Below are positions 32,004-42,039 of a stretch of DNA of 64,000 nt, piece after piece. Position numbers and translations under genes: made by a program. The notes beneath the pieces are model-generated. The model worked only from the letters and a program-made list of their open reading frames with translations, was not told the DNA's origin and ran no database searches. Source of the DNA: Fidelibacterota bacterium (GTDB lineage: Bacteria > Fidelibacterota > UBA8477 > JABMPR01); the NCBI GenBank assembly GCA_021734255.1, contig JAIPJM010000004.1, forward strand, positions 65,345 to 129,344. Reading direction: 5' to 3'. How positions within the stretch are numbered: the first letter of the stretch is position 1; every line of letters starts with the position of its first letter.

Positions 32004-32495
32004 ATGGGTCGAGCTGAAATGATCATTCTGGTTGCCGCCATAGCCATTCTTGGCAGGTATTCACTTACCGTGAATGATGTGTTGGCCAATAATGAGATCC
32101 ACGTGATTCAATCTGAGTATGAATTGAATGTGGTCGGTATCGCAGAGCGTTATTTCAGGCAAGCCTGGTTAAAATCATTTGATGAAACGACAGTTGATGG
32201 CGCCCCCGTTGATATTCCAAATGATTTTACTGACAAGGAGCACCTCGGAGTCGATTCAGGAGAATCTTACCCGGATTTTGATGATGTTGATGATTTTGAT
32301 GATTTTTCAATTACGGGCACAGCTGATAACGGAATGGTTTACGACATGCAAATTGTGGTAGGATATATTTCTGAGGATGATAAGGAGAATATTGCGAATC
32401 AACGGTCAACACTTAAGCGGATGAATATTACGTTCAGCAGTGATTATTTAAGAAACGACATTACGCTGAGTCGAATTTTTCCGTACTGGAAATGA
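32004..32495 (+). CDS. Minor-pilin-like protein (N-terminal hydrophobic segment, acidic C-terminal region).
   Basis: N-terminus MGRAEMIILVAAIAILGRY, the same MG-plus-hydrophobic pattern as the 28394 pilin-like gene. Located inside the pilus operon. Confidence 0.35.
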   Translation: MGRAEMIILVAAIAILGRYSLTVNDVLANNEIHVIQSEYELNVVGIAERYFRQAWLKSFDETTVDGAPVDIPNDFTDKEHLGVDSGESYPDFDDVDDFDDFSITGTADNGMVYDMQIVVGYISEDDKENIANQRSTLKRMNITFSSDYLRNDITLSRIFPYWK

Positions 32496-32501
32496 TGGAC
32501 G

Positions 32502-33059
32502 ATGGGTGATATTCAACTAGCAGGAACGTTCATTATTGGTGGAATGGTCTTACTGACGATCTTCGGTATGAATGTGGAGATCCTTGAAACCAATAGCCTG
32601 AATTCCCTGGGTCGCATGGCTCAGGAAAATATGGGTGAGATGCTTTCTATTATTCAATACGACTTTAAAAAGATCGGGAATCAAGTACCACGGACATCAA
32701 ATGCATTGATAGCCGTGTCAGATACGACGATATCTTTTTTAGCAGATATCGATCAAAATGGAAGTATAGATACGATTGCTTACAGGGTGGGACCTGCCAG
32801 CGAGACGAGTAGTACAGATAACCCGTCTGATCGTTTGCTATACAGGAGTGTAAACGGAGTAGAATATGACGTTGGCCTGGGTATTACTCAGTGGCAGCTG
32901 TCCTACTTCAACGAGGATATGGGGTCAACAATGGCGCTGGACAGTATCAGGCTGATAGAATTATCTCTGACTGTCGAAACGATCTATGGATACAATGAGC
33001 AATACGGGAGTGCATCCTGGTCGACTCAATTTGCGCCTAAGAATATGGGAGTTCTGTAA
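32502..33059 (+). CDS. Minor-pilin / pseudopilin-like protein.
   Basis: N-terminus MGDIQLAGTFIIGGMVLLTIFGMNVEIL, then a beta-rich region (QWQLSYFNED...IRLIELSLTVE) reminiscent of GspJ/PilW-type pseudopilins. Confidence 0.35.
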   Translation: MGDIQLAGTFIIGGMVLLTIFGMNVEILETNSLNSLGRMAQENMGEMLSIIQYDFKKIGNQVPRTSNALIAVSDTTISFLADIDQNGSIDTIAYRVGPASETSSTDNPSDRLLYRSVNGVEYDVGLGITQWQLSYFNEDMGSTMALDSIRLIELSLTVETIYGYNEQYGSASWSTQFAPKNMGVL

Positions 33060-33598
33060 TGAGCGAGCTGAACGTCGGGGGGAAAAGCAAAATAGATATC
33101 AAGCCGGAGACAGGTGGAGCCATTAGCGTCAAAAAGGAAGCATCTGGAACGCTGATCCATTTCAAGGAAACACCGATCCTGCTGGCCCATTTCCCCCAGG
33201 AGATGGCAAAGAAGTTTCTCATGCTGGGCCGTGAGGAAAAATATAATTCCCACGTCGATATTCTAAGAAAGGGCCAGGTCGGTAGAGATATGTTTTTGAT
33301 CTGCCAGGGTAGGATATCCGTGTGGAAAGAGAATATTATCCTGGGTGAGCTGTTAAAGGGTGATGTATTCGGTGAACTGGTCATGTTCAGGGATCATTAT
33401 CGTATTGCCACGGTAAGGACTGAGGAACCGACCATTGTTCTTCGTTACAACAGACAATGTCTGCTTGACTTCTTTGCCAGACAGGATCCAAGATATTTTA
33501 ACATCTATACCATGAATATTATTGAGATACTGCGCAGAAAACTGATCGCCACGAATAGTCGCGTAGTTAAGCTTGAAGAAGAACTGGTACGACAGTAA
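33059..33598 (+). CDS. Cyclic-nucleotide-binding domain protein.
   Basis: cNMP-binding fold signatures (GDVFGELVMF, RIATVRT). Embedded between the minor pilin genes and pilT. Confidence 0.6.
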   Translation: MSELNVGGKSKIDIKPETGGAISVKKEASGTLIHFKETPILLAHFPQEMAKKFLMLGREEKYNSHVDILRKGQVGRDMFLICQGRISVWKENIILGELLKGDVFGELVMFRDHYRIATVRTEEPTIVLRYNRQCLLDFFARQDPRYFNIYTMNIIEILRRKLIATNSRVVKLEEELVRQ

Positions 33599-33631
33599 AT
33601 TTAATGTTACGCAGGAATATGGAGTAAGGTC

Positions 33632-34861
33632 ATGGATCAGAACTTAATCGATCAAGTTCATAATATTGTAAGTCCCGTTATTGCGAAAATTCCAGATACA
33701 CTTTTTGGTCTGGAACGTCTGGAATTTATGTCCGACGAAGCCGGGAAGCTTAGCGACGTCGACCAGACAACCCTGCGGAATTTTTTAAATGGTACCTTGA
33801 TCCATATGAAAGAGCTGGATGCCTCTGATATTGATATGGGATCCAGCGGCTGTCGAGAAAAGATTTGGTATCGCGCCCATGGCGAGAAAAACCCCGATCC
33901 GAAAATGGGGGAGTTCAAGCATGCTGAGATGGATCTTATCCTTTTGAATATTCTCATGGAAAAGCAACGTGACGCCCTGATCAAAGACCGTAATCTGGAC
34001 TTTTCCTACTCCCTGGATGATGCAGGCGAGCCCATCCGCCTGCGCGGTGATATGTATTTCGACCTGGGGCACCTGGCCTTGAATATGCGCATGATCGGCG
34101 ATGAGATTCGTCCCTTTTCATCATTGGGGCTTCATCCTGAAATTGCCAAAGCACTGAGTTTACGCCACACGAAGAAGGGATTGGTTCTGGTGACTGGCAT
34201 AACTGGCTCTGGAAAAAGTTCAACTCTGGATTCCATCATAGACGCCAACAACCAGACCAGCAATGCCCATATCGTCATCATTGGGTCGCCCATCGAACAG
34301 GTCCATAAACCCAAGGGCTGTCTCATTCGGCACCGAGAGGTGGGCTCCGATGTGATGTCTTTCAAAGAAGGCGCCATACAGGCACTCCGCCAGGATCCTG
34401 ATATTATCATCATTGGTGAAATGCGTGATCCAGAGACAATTATCACCGGCCTGGAAGTCACAGATAGTGGACACAAAGTATTTTCTACGCTGCATACCTC
34501 ATCCACAGTTGAGAGTATAGACCGAATCATTGGTGAAGTACCAGCTGACGAGCAGAATCGCGTGCGTGAACGTCTGGCTGACGTTCTCAGTGTGGTTATT
34601 TCACAGAAATTGCCCAAAACGCTGGACGGCAAGCGCACACTGGCGAAAGAAGTTTTGCTGATGACCCCTCCTATTCGAGCAGCCATCAAGAATAATAACC
34701 TGGACGAGATCTATCAGATGCTCCAGCAGTCTGCCAGTCTGGGGATGATGACCCTGGAGCAGGATCTTAAACGCTTATTTGAAGAGAAGAAGATCTCATA
34801 CGAAGAAGCCCTGTCAAATGCCAATGATAAAAAGCGATTCAAGGAAATAGTCAAGCTGTAG
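33632..34861 (+). CDS. pilT: Twitching-motility / retraction ATPase PilT-like (with N-terminal extension).
   Basis: Walker A GITGSGKSST, His-box GHKVFSTLHT, PilT-like AIKNNNLDEI (compare AIRNLIRE). Confidence 0.8.
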   Translation: MDQNLIDQVHNIVSPVIAKIPDTLFGLERLEFMSDEAGKLSDVDQTTLRNFLNGTLIHMKELDASDIDMGSSGCREKIWYRAHGEKNPDPKMGEFKHAEMDLILLNILMEKQRDALIKDRNLDFSYSLDDAGEPIRLRGDMYFDLGHLALNMRMIGDEIRPFSSLGLHPEIAKALSLRHTKKGLVLVTGITGSGKSSTLDSIIDANNQTSNAHIVIIGSPIEQVHKPKGCLIRHREVGSDVMSFKEGAIQALRQDPDIIIIGEMRDPETIITGLEVTDSGHKVFSTLHTSSTVESIDRIIGEVPADEQNRVRERLADVLSVVISQKLPKTLDGKRTLAKEVLLMTPPIRAAIKNNNLDEIYQMLQQSASLGMMTLEQDLKRLFEEKKISYEEALSNANDKKRFKEIVKL

Positions 34862-34871
34862 ATCGATCTAA

Positions 34872-37391
34872 ATGAGCGCACCTAAGAATATACTGAGCAT
34901 TTACCAGGACGGGGTTGAGTTAAAGACCGTTCTGGCAGGTACCTCCAAGGGAAAGATAGTGATAAAGGCAATTGATCATGCTACACTCATCTCACCTTTT
35001 CAGCAGGAGTTCGAAGAAGATGTTGAGCTGGATGAAGCCGGTGAACCACTCGAATCTCCTGACGATATCTTTGGGATCGATAATTCGGGACCCCTGGCCA
35101 CCGATGATCTAGGTGAAGCAGTGTCTGCAGAGGAGGAAGAAGCCTCTGGCAGCATGGTGGATGAGACTATCGAGGAACAGTTCGATGAAGACGAGACCAA
35201 CGAAGATATTCTCCACACACTCCTGACACATGTACCAGAAAAACGCTATGCCCATGCCATAAATCTTCCCAGAAATCTTGCGCACACCCTTCATCTCCGG
35301 ACGGATTATTCCCAGATGAAGCCCAAGGAACGCGAAAAAAAGATATTTAATGAGATCGTAGAGCGACTGAATGATACGGTCATTCCCAAAGACCACTACG
35401 ATTCTATCCTGACACCCAGCGGTGATGCCTACTCCTTCGTTTACAAAAATGATATTCCCATCATCCACGCCTTCGACAGTATTCAGCAATATCTTAAGGT
35501 AAAACCCAGATTTGTCTCAGTCACTCCTGATGAAGTGGCGCTTGTGAATCTGCTTCGCTATAATTATGAATTCGAAGCAGAAGAAGTCATCACCCTGGTC
35601 AATATTGAGGATGTACAAAGCAGTTTTATTATCATGCAAGGCAATGATGTCCTGCACTTTTCACAGAGCATTCGCGAAAATCTGAAATCCCCATCCCTGC
35701 TGAATGCAGTCACAGGTCGTATGCTTTATGATCAGGACCTGGGACACTTCCCTGATTCATCCAGGATCATTCTCACAGGTGAGGCGCCGCAGATAAACGC
35801 CAAGGAGCACTTTGTCCAGACGAATCCAGGTGTAAATGTTGAATATTTTCAACTAAACGCTGAAAAATTCGTCATACCTGAGGAATTGGATGCCACCTTC
35901 ACAGGCTATGCGGTCCCCCTTGGAATGGCTGTCCAGGCGCTACTACCAAAACTTGAATCACATATCCCCATCAATCTTATTCCAGATTATGTCAAACAAA
36001 GGCAGCGGACCTTCAAACTTGCTTGGCACGGAATGCTCCTGCTGCTGCTGATCTTTTTAACACCTATTGGAATAAACCACATCTATCAGCAGAAGTTGGA
36101 TGAACAGCGAGCAGCTCAACTCAGGATCAGTAACCTTAATCAATCCATCAAAGACATCGACTGGGTAACCTATATGGTTGATAGTCTATCCCTGGAGCAT
36201 GCCTCTGTGCAGGAGCAGTTGCATAATCTGACAAAATTATCGCAAGGATCGCTGCGCTGGAGTGTGACCTTCAAACAGTTACTTGTTGCCTTGGAGGAGG
36301 TAAATGGCGTCTGGTTTGCAGATCTTAAGAGTAAGGGGGAAGGGATCGAATTAGCTGGGCTTAGCCTGTATAGGAATCGAATCCCCAGGCTCATCGAATA
36401 TTTTGAAGAGGCCGAGATATCCACGGTGATTCCTGCTGATATAAGAGGAAAAACGGTCTATAAATTTACCCTCTCCATCAATTCGATAACTGCAGATTCT
36501 GCCGCTTTTAATCCAAAACTTATTACACCACCGCCCATGCCGATTGAGAGTTTGGAAGCGTCTGCTCCAGTGACCATAATCGATGAGAACGAGGATATCC
36601 AGACACCACCTGACACGCTGGAAGTTATTGAGCCAGAACCTGAACCAGAGCCAGAACCGCAAACCCCTGATACCATGGAAACTGATCCTGCAGACATGGA
36701 GCAACTGGCAGATAGCCTGTTACCTGAAGCCGTTTTTGACTCGCTCATGCCCATGACAGACGATATCTCAAGACTTTCCGATTCTCTTGAGAATGTGACT
36801 ACCCAAATTGTATCAGAACCCTCAATGGATGGGAATGGTGGCATCCCTATAACGGCGCTCAAAGTTCATAAAGTTCGCCGGGGGGAGACCTTGAAGAAGA
36901 TCGCCAGAGATCGCCTGGGGGATGAAAAACGCTGGCGCGAAATATATAATCTCAATCGGGATGTACTATCCAGCCCAAACAAACTGAGTATCGGTCAGAT
37001 TCTTGTTGTACTTCAAGATGAGGAAGATCTTGATCCAATTAAACATAAGGTTAAACCAAATGAGAACCTGAAGATCCTGGCACTCTGGTACTATGGTGAT
37101 GAAGAGCGCTGGGAAAAACTCTATGAATTGAATAAGCACACGATCAGCAATCCGAACATCATTTATCCGGGGCAGGAATTGACCATCATGTCCTATGACA
37201 ACAGGTTTAATTACCCGCTCCAGACCCATGTGATTCGCTCGGGGGAGACATTGAAGACCATTGCCAGGAAATATCTGGGTGATGAAGCACGTTGGGAAGA
37301 GATCATGCAGCTCAATCCAAAAAGCATTAAGGATCCGAACCGAATATTTAAAGGGCAACGGATAAAAGTGAGAAACGAAGTTGGAAAATAA
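34872..37391 (+). CDS. PilM-PilN-like fusion protein with an acidic/Pro-rich linker and three C-terminal LysM domains.
   Basis: N-terminal actin-like PilM pattern (ILSIYQDGVELKTVLAGTSKGKIVIKAIDH). Internal TM plus coiled coil (LAWHGMLLLLLIFLTPIGINHIYQQKLDEQRAAQL) like PilN. EPEPEPEPEP linker. Three LysM repeats (HKVRRGETLKKIARDRLGDEKRWREIYNLN; HKVKPNENLKILALWYYGDEERWEKLYELN; HVIRSGETLKTIARKYLGDEARWEEIMQLN). Confidence 0.55.
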   Translation: MSAPKNILSIYQDGVELKTVLAGTSKGKIVIKAIDHATLISPFQQEFEEDVELDEAGEPLESPDDIFGIDNSGPLATDDLGEAVSAEEEEASGSMVDETIEEQFDEDETNEDILHTLLTHVPEKRYAHAINLPRNLAHTLHLRTDYSQMKPKEREKKIFNEIVERLNDTVIPKDHYDSILTPSGDAYSFVYKNDIPIIHAFDSIQQYLKVKPRFVSVTPDEVALVNLLRYNYEFEAEEVITLVNIEDVQSSFIIMQGNDVLHFSQSIRENLKSPSLLNAVTGRMLYDQDLGHFPDSSRIILTGEAPQINAKEHFVQTNPGVNVEYFQLNAEKFVIPEELDATFTGYAVPLGMAVQALLPKLESHIPINLIPDYVKQRQRTFKLAWHGMLLLLLIFLTPIGINHIYQQKLDEQRAAQLRISNLNQSIKDIDWVTYMVDSLSLEHASVQEQLHNLTKLSQGSLRWSVTFKQLLVALEEVNGVWFADLKSKGEGIELAGLSLYRNRIPRLIEYFEEAEISTVIPADIRGKTVYKFTLSINSITADSAAFNPKLITPPPMPIESLEASAPVTIIDENEDIQTPPDTLEVIEPEPEPEPEPQTPDTMETDPADMEQLADSLLPEAVFDSLMPMTDDISRLSDSLENVTTQIVSEPSMDGNGGIPITALKVHKVRRGETLKKIARDRLGDEKRWREIYNLNRDVLSSPNKLSIGQILVVLQDEEDLDPIKHKVKPNENLKILALWYYGDEERWEKLYELNKHTISNPNIIYPGQELTIMSYDNRFNYPLQTHVIRSGETLKTIARKYLGDEARWEEIMQLNPKSIKDPNRIFKGQRIKVRNEVGK

Positions 37392-37426
37392 AGCCATTAA
37401 TAGCAACTGGATGATGAACTAAACGT

Positions 37427-38665
37427 ATGTCATATTCAATAAGAAATTCGATCATCCTGGCGATTATCCTGCTCCTGCTTGGCGGCGGCGGTTACGGTTG
37501 GCTGCATTTTACTTTCGATAAGAAAAACGAAAGCTTGACCTCCAAAGTTGAGAACAAGGAACAGAGATTGGCTGAGCTGGAAAAAGCAATGGCAGATTAT
37601 GAGTACTTCCGGGAAGAACTCTATAAAGTGAAGACACAATTCGATTATTACCCGAAGTTGTTGCCCCCTGAATCAGCGATCCAGGGCACCTATCGCTATC
37701 TGGACAAGCTATCCACACGGCGGGCATCCTTTAACTACGATTTCCGTTTCGACGGGATCAAGCGTGAAAATGGTTCGATCAAAGCCACATATCTGCTTAC
37801 CGGCGAGGGCGATTTCGATAATATTGCCAATTTCATTTATCGGCTGGAGAATGGGAAGCCCATCTATAAAATACAGAATCTGAGCTTTAAGAAAAAGAGC
37901 CCCCGTGGTTTCCAGCAATCCGATAATGTCGAGGTCAGCATGCAGCTGACTGGGTTGTTCAGCGATCGGGAGGAACAGAGCGATGAAGAGATCTCCCGCA
38001 TGTTTGATAAATCTCTCATTTTCCCGGGCATGCGCTTAAAGATCCTCCAGGAATCACAGCATACTAAGCTGCAATATCATAAGGTTCGTCCAGGTGAGAC
38101 CCTGAAGAAGATCTCCAGAACCTATTTTGGGACGACGACAAAATGGCGAGATATTTACGATCTGAATCGATCGAAACTCAAGACCCCGCATATGATCTAT
38201 GTCGGGCAGCGTCTAAAGATCAAAGAAGAACAAATTGACGACTATTTCATGATCCATGAGGTCAAACCGGGTGAGACCTTGCGCTCTCTGGCAGAACAGT
38301 ATCTGGGTGACGAGAATCTCTGGCGAGACGTATATAAGTGGAATCAGGACCGGATCGAGAATCAGATCCCTGATGACATCCTTACGACCTATGACCCATT
38401 CAAACCGCTGATTTTATCTAAGTTGCCACCCAACGTGGATGGTCTGGTCAATGTGGCCGGATCTCGCCTGGTCGCCTTGACCAATAACCTGGCATTCATC
38501 CTGGATCAGGAAGGTGTGATGCAGGAGATGAAAGTCGGTGATAAGGTATACCTGGGGAACTTGTCCCGGATCGATCTACACAGGGGAAAGGTATTATTCA
38601 ATTTGAACAAGGGTGGCATCTTTTCCACAGAAGAATTAACACTTGCCAATTCAGGAAGGAATTGA
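37427..38665 (+). CDS. PilO-like (TM plus coiled coil) protein fused to two LysM domains and a PilP-like C-terminal beta domain.
   Basis: N-terminal TM IILAIILLLLGGGGYGW plus coiled coil. LysM repeats (HKVRPGETLKKISRTYFGTTTKWRDIYDLN; HEVKPGETLRSLAEQYLGDENLWRDVYKWN). C-terminus MKVGDKVYLGNLSRIDLHRGKVLFNL resembles PilP. Confidence 0.5.
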   Translation: MSYSIRNSIILAIILLLLGGGGYGWLHFTFDKKNESLTSKVENKEQRLAELEKAMADYEYFREELYKVKTQFDYYPKLLPPESAIQGTYRYLDKLSTRRASFNYDFRFDGIKRENGSIKATYLLTGEGDFDNIANFIYRLENGKPIYKIQNLSFKKKSPRGFQQSDNVEVSMQLTGLFSDREEQSDEEISRMFDKSLIFPGMRLKILQESQHTKLQYHKVRPGETLKKISRTYFGTTTKWRDIYDLNRSKLKTPHMIYVGQRLKIKEEQIDDYFMIHEVKPGETLRSLAEQYLGDENLWRDVYKWNQDRIENQIPDDILTTYDPFKPLILSKLPPNVDGLVNVAGSRLVALTNNLAFILDQEGVMQEMKVGDKVYLGNLSRIDLHRGKVLFNLNKGGIFSTEELTLANSGRN

Positions 38666-38666
38666 T

Positions 38667-39923
38667 ATGCAGCATTATTCCAGAGCATTCAGCTTACGAA
38701 TAAAAGAAGGATTCTCGATTTTCTGTCTACTGGCTTTGATCGGCTTTTTGACCTTGCCAACTCAGTTGCTGGGACAACGTTTGCCTACCGCAGCTGTGTC
38801 CCCTGATGAAATGGTGTCATTCCAGCCAAACACCACTTTCCAGCAAGCCATCCAGATCATCAGTCTCCTGTCCTCCCAACACGAAGGCAAAGTTGTCATC
38901 GATCCAACCGGGACCAAGGGACCTATCAATATTGCAATTCCACCTTCACATTGGCTAAAGGCGCTGGAGCTGGTCGCCCGTGCGAAAGGGCTTGAATACG
39001 CTGAAAAATCCACCTATTACGAGATTCGCAAACCAACCGCGAGATCGACTGGACCCAGTGTGGCAAAACCTGCAGCACCTATCGTTCAAAGTGGCTCTTT
39101 TCCTCTGGATACGCGCGAGATTGAGATCTCAGCAATTTTTTTCCAGGGTGATCGTCGGTCCCTGGCTGAAGTTGGTGTAGATTGGTCTGCTATCACAGAT
39201 ATTGGTACTGGTGATACGATCACCGTTGGGAACAACTCAGCCTTCAATGTTTCCCAGGAATTGTTAAGTATCGGAGGTTCCTATAATGCAGCCTTTGGGC
39301 AGGCAACGACGTCTGTCATGGCCCTACTGCAGACATTTGAAGCTCTGAATTATGGCGAGATCATTTCCAACCCATCCATCCAGGTCATGGATAAGACCAC
39401 GGGAAGGATACAGGTGGGGGAAAAATTCTCTATCAAGCAGAAAGATTTCTCTGGCAATACCATTGAGAATTTTTTCGATGTGGGTACCATTTTGGAGGTG
39501 ACACCTGAAGTGATCCAGGAACAGGATGTGACTTTTATCCATCTTGCGATTTCTGCAGAGAGAAGTTCAGCTTTTCCTGATCCGGTGAGCACGAGAATTG
39601 CCAATCAGACAGCTGTGACCAATGTGCTGCTTCTGGATGGCGAGCAAACAGTTATCGCAGGATTATATTCAGAGGAAGTGTCAGAAGTACGCAAAGGTAT
39701 TCCCATCCTTAAAGATCTACCCTGGTGGGTCCTGGGTATTAAATACCTGGCAGGCTTCGACTCTGATGATGTGATCGAAAAAGAATTGGTAATAATCATC
39801 AAGGCCCAACTGGTCCCAACTATTTCGGATCGTCTGGAAAAACGACATGCCAGGATGCGCGATCTCATAGAAGAAGAACGCCAACAGTTTAAGGACAATA
39901 TTGAAGCAAACGAGGATCAATGA
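38667..39923 (+). CDS. pilQ: Secretin (PilQ/GspD family), short form without N-terminal AMIN domains.
   Basis: Signal peptide. C-terminal secretin domain (GIPILKDLPWWVLGIKYLAGFDSDDVIEKELVIIIKAQLV). Start at 38667 preferred (SD AGGAAGG 7 nt upstream) over the ORF-track 38643. Confidence 0.8.
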   Translation: MQHYSRAFSLRIKEGFSIFCLLALIGFLTLPTQLLGQRLPTAAVSPDEMVSFQPNTTFQQAIQIISLLSSQHEGKVVIDPTGTKGPINIAIPPSHWLKALELVARAKGLEYAEKSTYYEIRKPTARSTGPSVAKPAAPIVQSGSFPLDTREIEISAIFFQGDRRSLAEVGVDWSAITDIGTGDTITVGNNSAFNVSQELLSIGGSYNAAFGQATTSVMALLQTFEALNYGEIISNPSIQVMDKTTGRIQVGEKFSIKQKDFSGNTIENFFDVGTILEVTPEVIQEQDVTFIHLAISAERSSAFPDPVSTRIANQTAVTNVLLLDGEQTVIAGLYSEEVSEVRKGIPILKDLPWWVLGIKYLAGFDSDDVIEKELVIIIKAQLVPTISDRLEKRHARMRDLIEEERQQFKDNIEANEDQ

Positions 39924-39926
39924 ATA

Positions 39927-40841
39927 ATGCTCAGAGTAGGTCTTATGAATAATTTACGCAGTGCAAAAACATATGTCATCCTGATCTCAATAATTGTAAT
40001 CAGCACGGGGTTTAACTCGTGTGCATCACCTCCCCAGTTGCTGGAACCAGCCAAGGTCACTTTCAAGGAATCACTGCGGGCTGAGAATGATAATTATATC
40101 GGGACGCTGGAGGGCTGCATCGTTGGGAAAAAAGAAAAACCCTTGAAAAAACTAGTAGTGACTCCCGACCTGGAAGATTTTATCAACATCAGAGGTGAGG
40201 TCACTCGCACCGATGATCAGGGCTGCTATTCCATCGATCTGTACTGGAAGAACCAACCTTATCTGCTGGCTGATGTTTATCCAAATCCTGCCGAGAACAG
40301 TTTTACCAACAGTGGCCTCGATTATCTGAAGGCAGCCAGAACGGTATCGGTTGATATCCCTGTGCTTGCAGGTAAGAAGGAAGTAGAGCTTTACGAGCAG
40401 GAAGTCACCATGTACAGCGTGAGCTATGTATTGAAACAGATCGCTGCAGAGGTGGTAAATCCACGCTTGCGATCCTTCCGTTTTGCTGTGGAAGATTACA
40501 ATACGGGATTTCCCATCGTCGGTGCAGAGGTCAATATCCGTGCCTCCAGTAGTGTCCAGCCCGTGGATTCCATCCTGGCCATGTATGTGAGCCAGCAGAA
40601 CTTCCGGGATATTGCCAGCACTACTATTCAACCTTTCATCACGTCTTCGGAGACAAAGAAACAGGAACCTGGAAGTTCCATGGAGTTCATCGTGATGAGT
40701 TTCGAGGATTACTGGTTGACAGTCACCCACCCACAATATCATGGGGTAACGGAGAAGATCTATGTTGAGAGCAATCTGGACAAGATCGTTCGCCTAACGC
40801 CCAAGGACCAGAAGAAACGCATCGATATTATCGACAGATAG
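39927..40841 (+). CDS. Lipoprotein of unknown function (pilotin/secretin-associated candidate).
   Basis: Lipobox GFNSC. Immediately downstream of the secretin with a 3-nt gap. Confidence 0.45.
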   Translation: MLRVGLMNNLRSAKTYVILISIIVISTGFNSCASPPQLLEPAKVTFKESLRAENDNYIGTLEGCIVGKKEKPLKKLVVTPDLEDFINIRGEVTRTDDQGCYSIDLYWKNQPYLLADVYPNPAENSFTNSGLDYLKAARTVSVDIPVLAGKKEVELYEQEVTMYSVSYVLKQIAAEVVNPRLRSFRFAVEDYNTGFPIVGAEVNIRASSSVQPVDSILAMYVSQQNFRDIASTTIQPFITSSETKKQEPGSSMEFIVMSFEDYWLTVTHPQYHGVTEKIYVESNLDKIVRLTPKDQKKRIDIIDR

Positions 40842-40957
40842 CAGTTAAGAATTCAAAATTAATGTGTAAAGAATATTGACCACTACTTTAGCACCAAGTC
40901 AAGTAGGATCTTTCCAAACTTTATTTTTGTACTGTTGACTTTTTAATTCAGACAGGT

Positions 40958-41992
40958 TTACTCCCACCAATAGAGATCGGCGAGATAACGGCGATTTTTC
41001 CCGGAATTCTCAAGTCCCTCCTGAACCATGTGGATCGCTTCGCTACTGTAATACAGGTCAGCCGTCCCTCCTAATGTGAGATTCACTTCAGTTGCACTGA
41101 GTAATAGTCCCCCATAAATTGCTGGGGTACCGGAGGCGTCGAATTCCATCGTGCTGGCACCAGCAACGAGCACGATCCCGTGCCAGCGGACCTTCCCCCG
41201 CATCGTAAGGGCGCCATCAACAACCAGCACGCCGTACCCGCTAAACGTTCCACTTAATTCACAATCACCGTCGATATAAGCGATGGTTGGATTCGTGTCA
41301 CTCCCACTGGAAATAGTAGAGCAGTCGAGCAGGTCTTGATCTGCTACAGCTTCATAATATTCTACGATCTCAGACAGGTCGGTGGTACTATCGCTTGAAA
41401 CGGCAACACTGGGCTCAGTACCAGCACCCTGGATAAAATTAGTCCCACTGTAATCATCGACGATGGTGGCACTATCCTCGGGAGATGATACAGTGATTCC
41501 CGGAAGCTCTGGCCCAGACCCTGTTGTACCATCCATATTGGTATCCTGGCCATGGACCTCCACGTTTCCATAAAAATTAAAATTTGATGTCTCAGAACTG
41601 ATCCCCACAGAGGCAGTGATGGGAGGGATCATCAAACTTCTGCTGATCAAGGATACCTGACTGCTGTCCAACACGCCAAAGATGTTGCTTACCGCTGAGA
41701 TCGATACAGTATCGATGTTCTCAAGCGTGTCCTGACCGTCCAGTGTAATACTAACGGTTATGATACCCTCCAACCAGTTGGAGTCAACTACCGTCGTATC
41801 TACGGCACCAGTTTGCAGGTATATGGAGAGTGCATACTCGATCGCGCTGCTCGTAATTTGATCAAGCTGGGCATTCTCAGTGAATTCAGAGGCAAAGTTC
41901 ATCGCCTCCTCAGCTGTGCGATTAAGGTTCGATCTGACATAGCCAAAGATGACAATGAAACCAAGTACCACAATTAGGACCATTCGTCCCAT
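40958..41992 (-). CDS. PilX-like / large minor-pilin-like protein, Thr/Ser/Gly-rich.
   Basis: N-terminus MGRMVLIVVLGFIVIFGYV then RSNLNRTAEEAMNFASEFTENAQ (PilX-like helix). Shares the MG-plus-hydrophobic start with the other pilin-like genes. Confidence 0.4.
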   Translation of the reverse strand: MGRMVLIVVLGFIVIFGYVRSNLNRTAEEAMNFASEFTENAQLDQITSSAIEYALSIYLQTGAVDTTVVDSNWLEGIITVSITLDGQDTLENIDTVSISAVSNIFGVLDSSQVSLISRSLMIPPITASVGISSETSNFNFYGNVEVHGQDTNMDGTTGSGPELPGITVSSPEDSATIVDDYSGTNFIQGAGTEPSVAVSSDSTTDLSEIVEYYEAVADQDLLDCSTISSGSDTNPTIAYIDGDCELSGTFSGYGVLVVDGALTMRGKVRWHGIVLVAGASTMEFDASGTPAIYGGLLLSATEVNLTLGGTADLYYSSEAIHMVQEGLENSGKNRRYLADLYWWE

Positions 41993-42039
41993 GGTTTTAT
42001 CCTTTTACTATGTCATAAAATCCGGTAAATCAGAAGGAA

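Noticed and set aside
36600-36670. Apparent DNA tandem repeat (gaaccagagccagaacc...) in the PilMN fusion gene.
   Set aside because: It simply encodes an EPEPEPEPEP acidic or Pro linker. It is a low-complexity coding repeat and not a CRISPR, VNTR or regulatory repeat.
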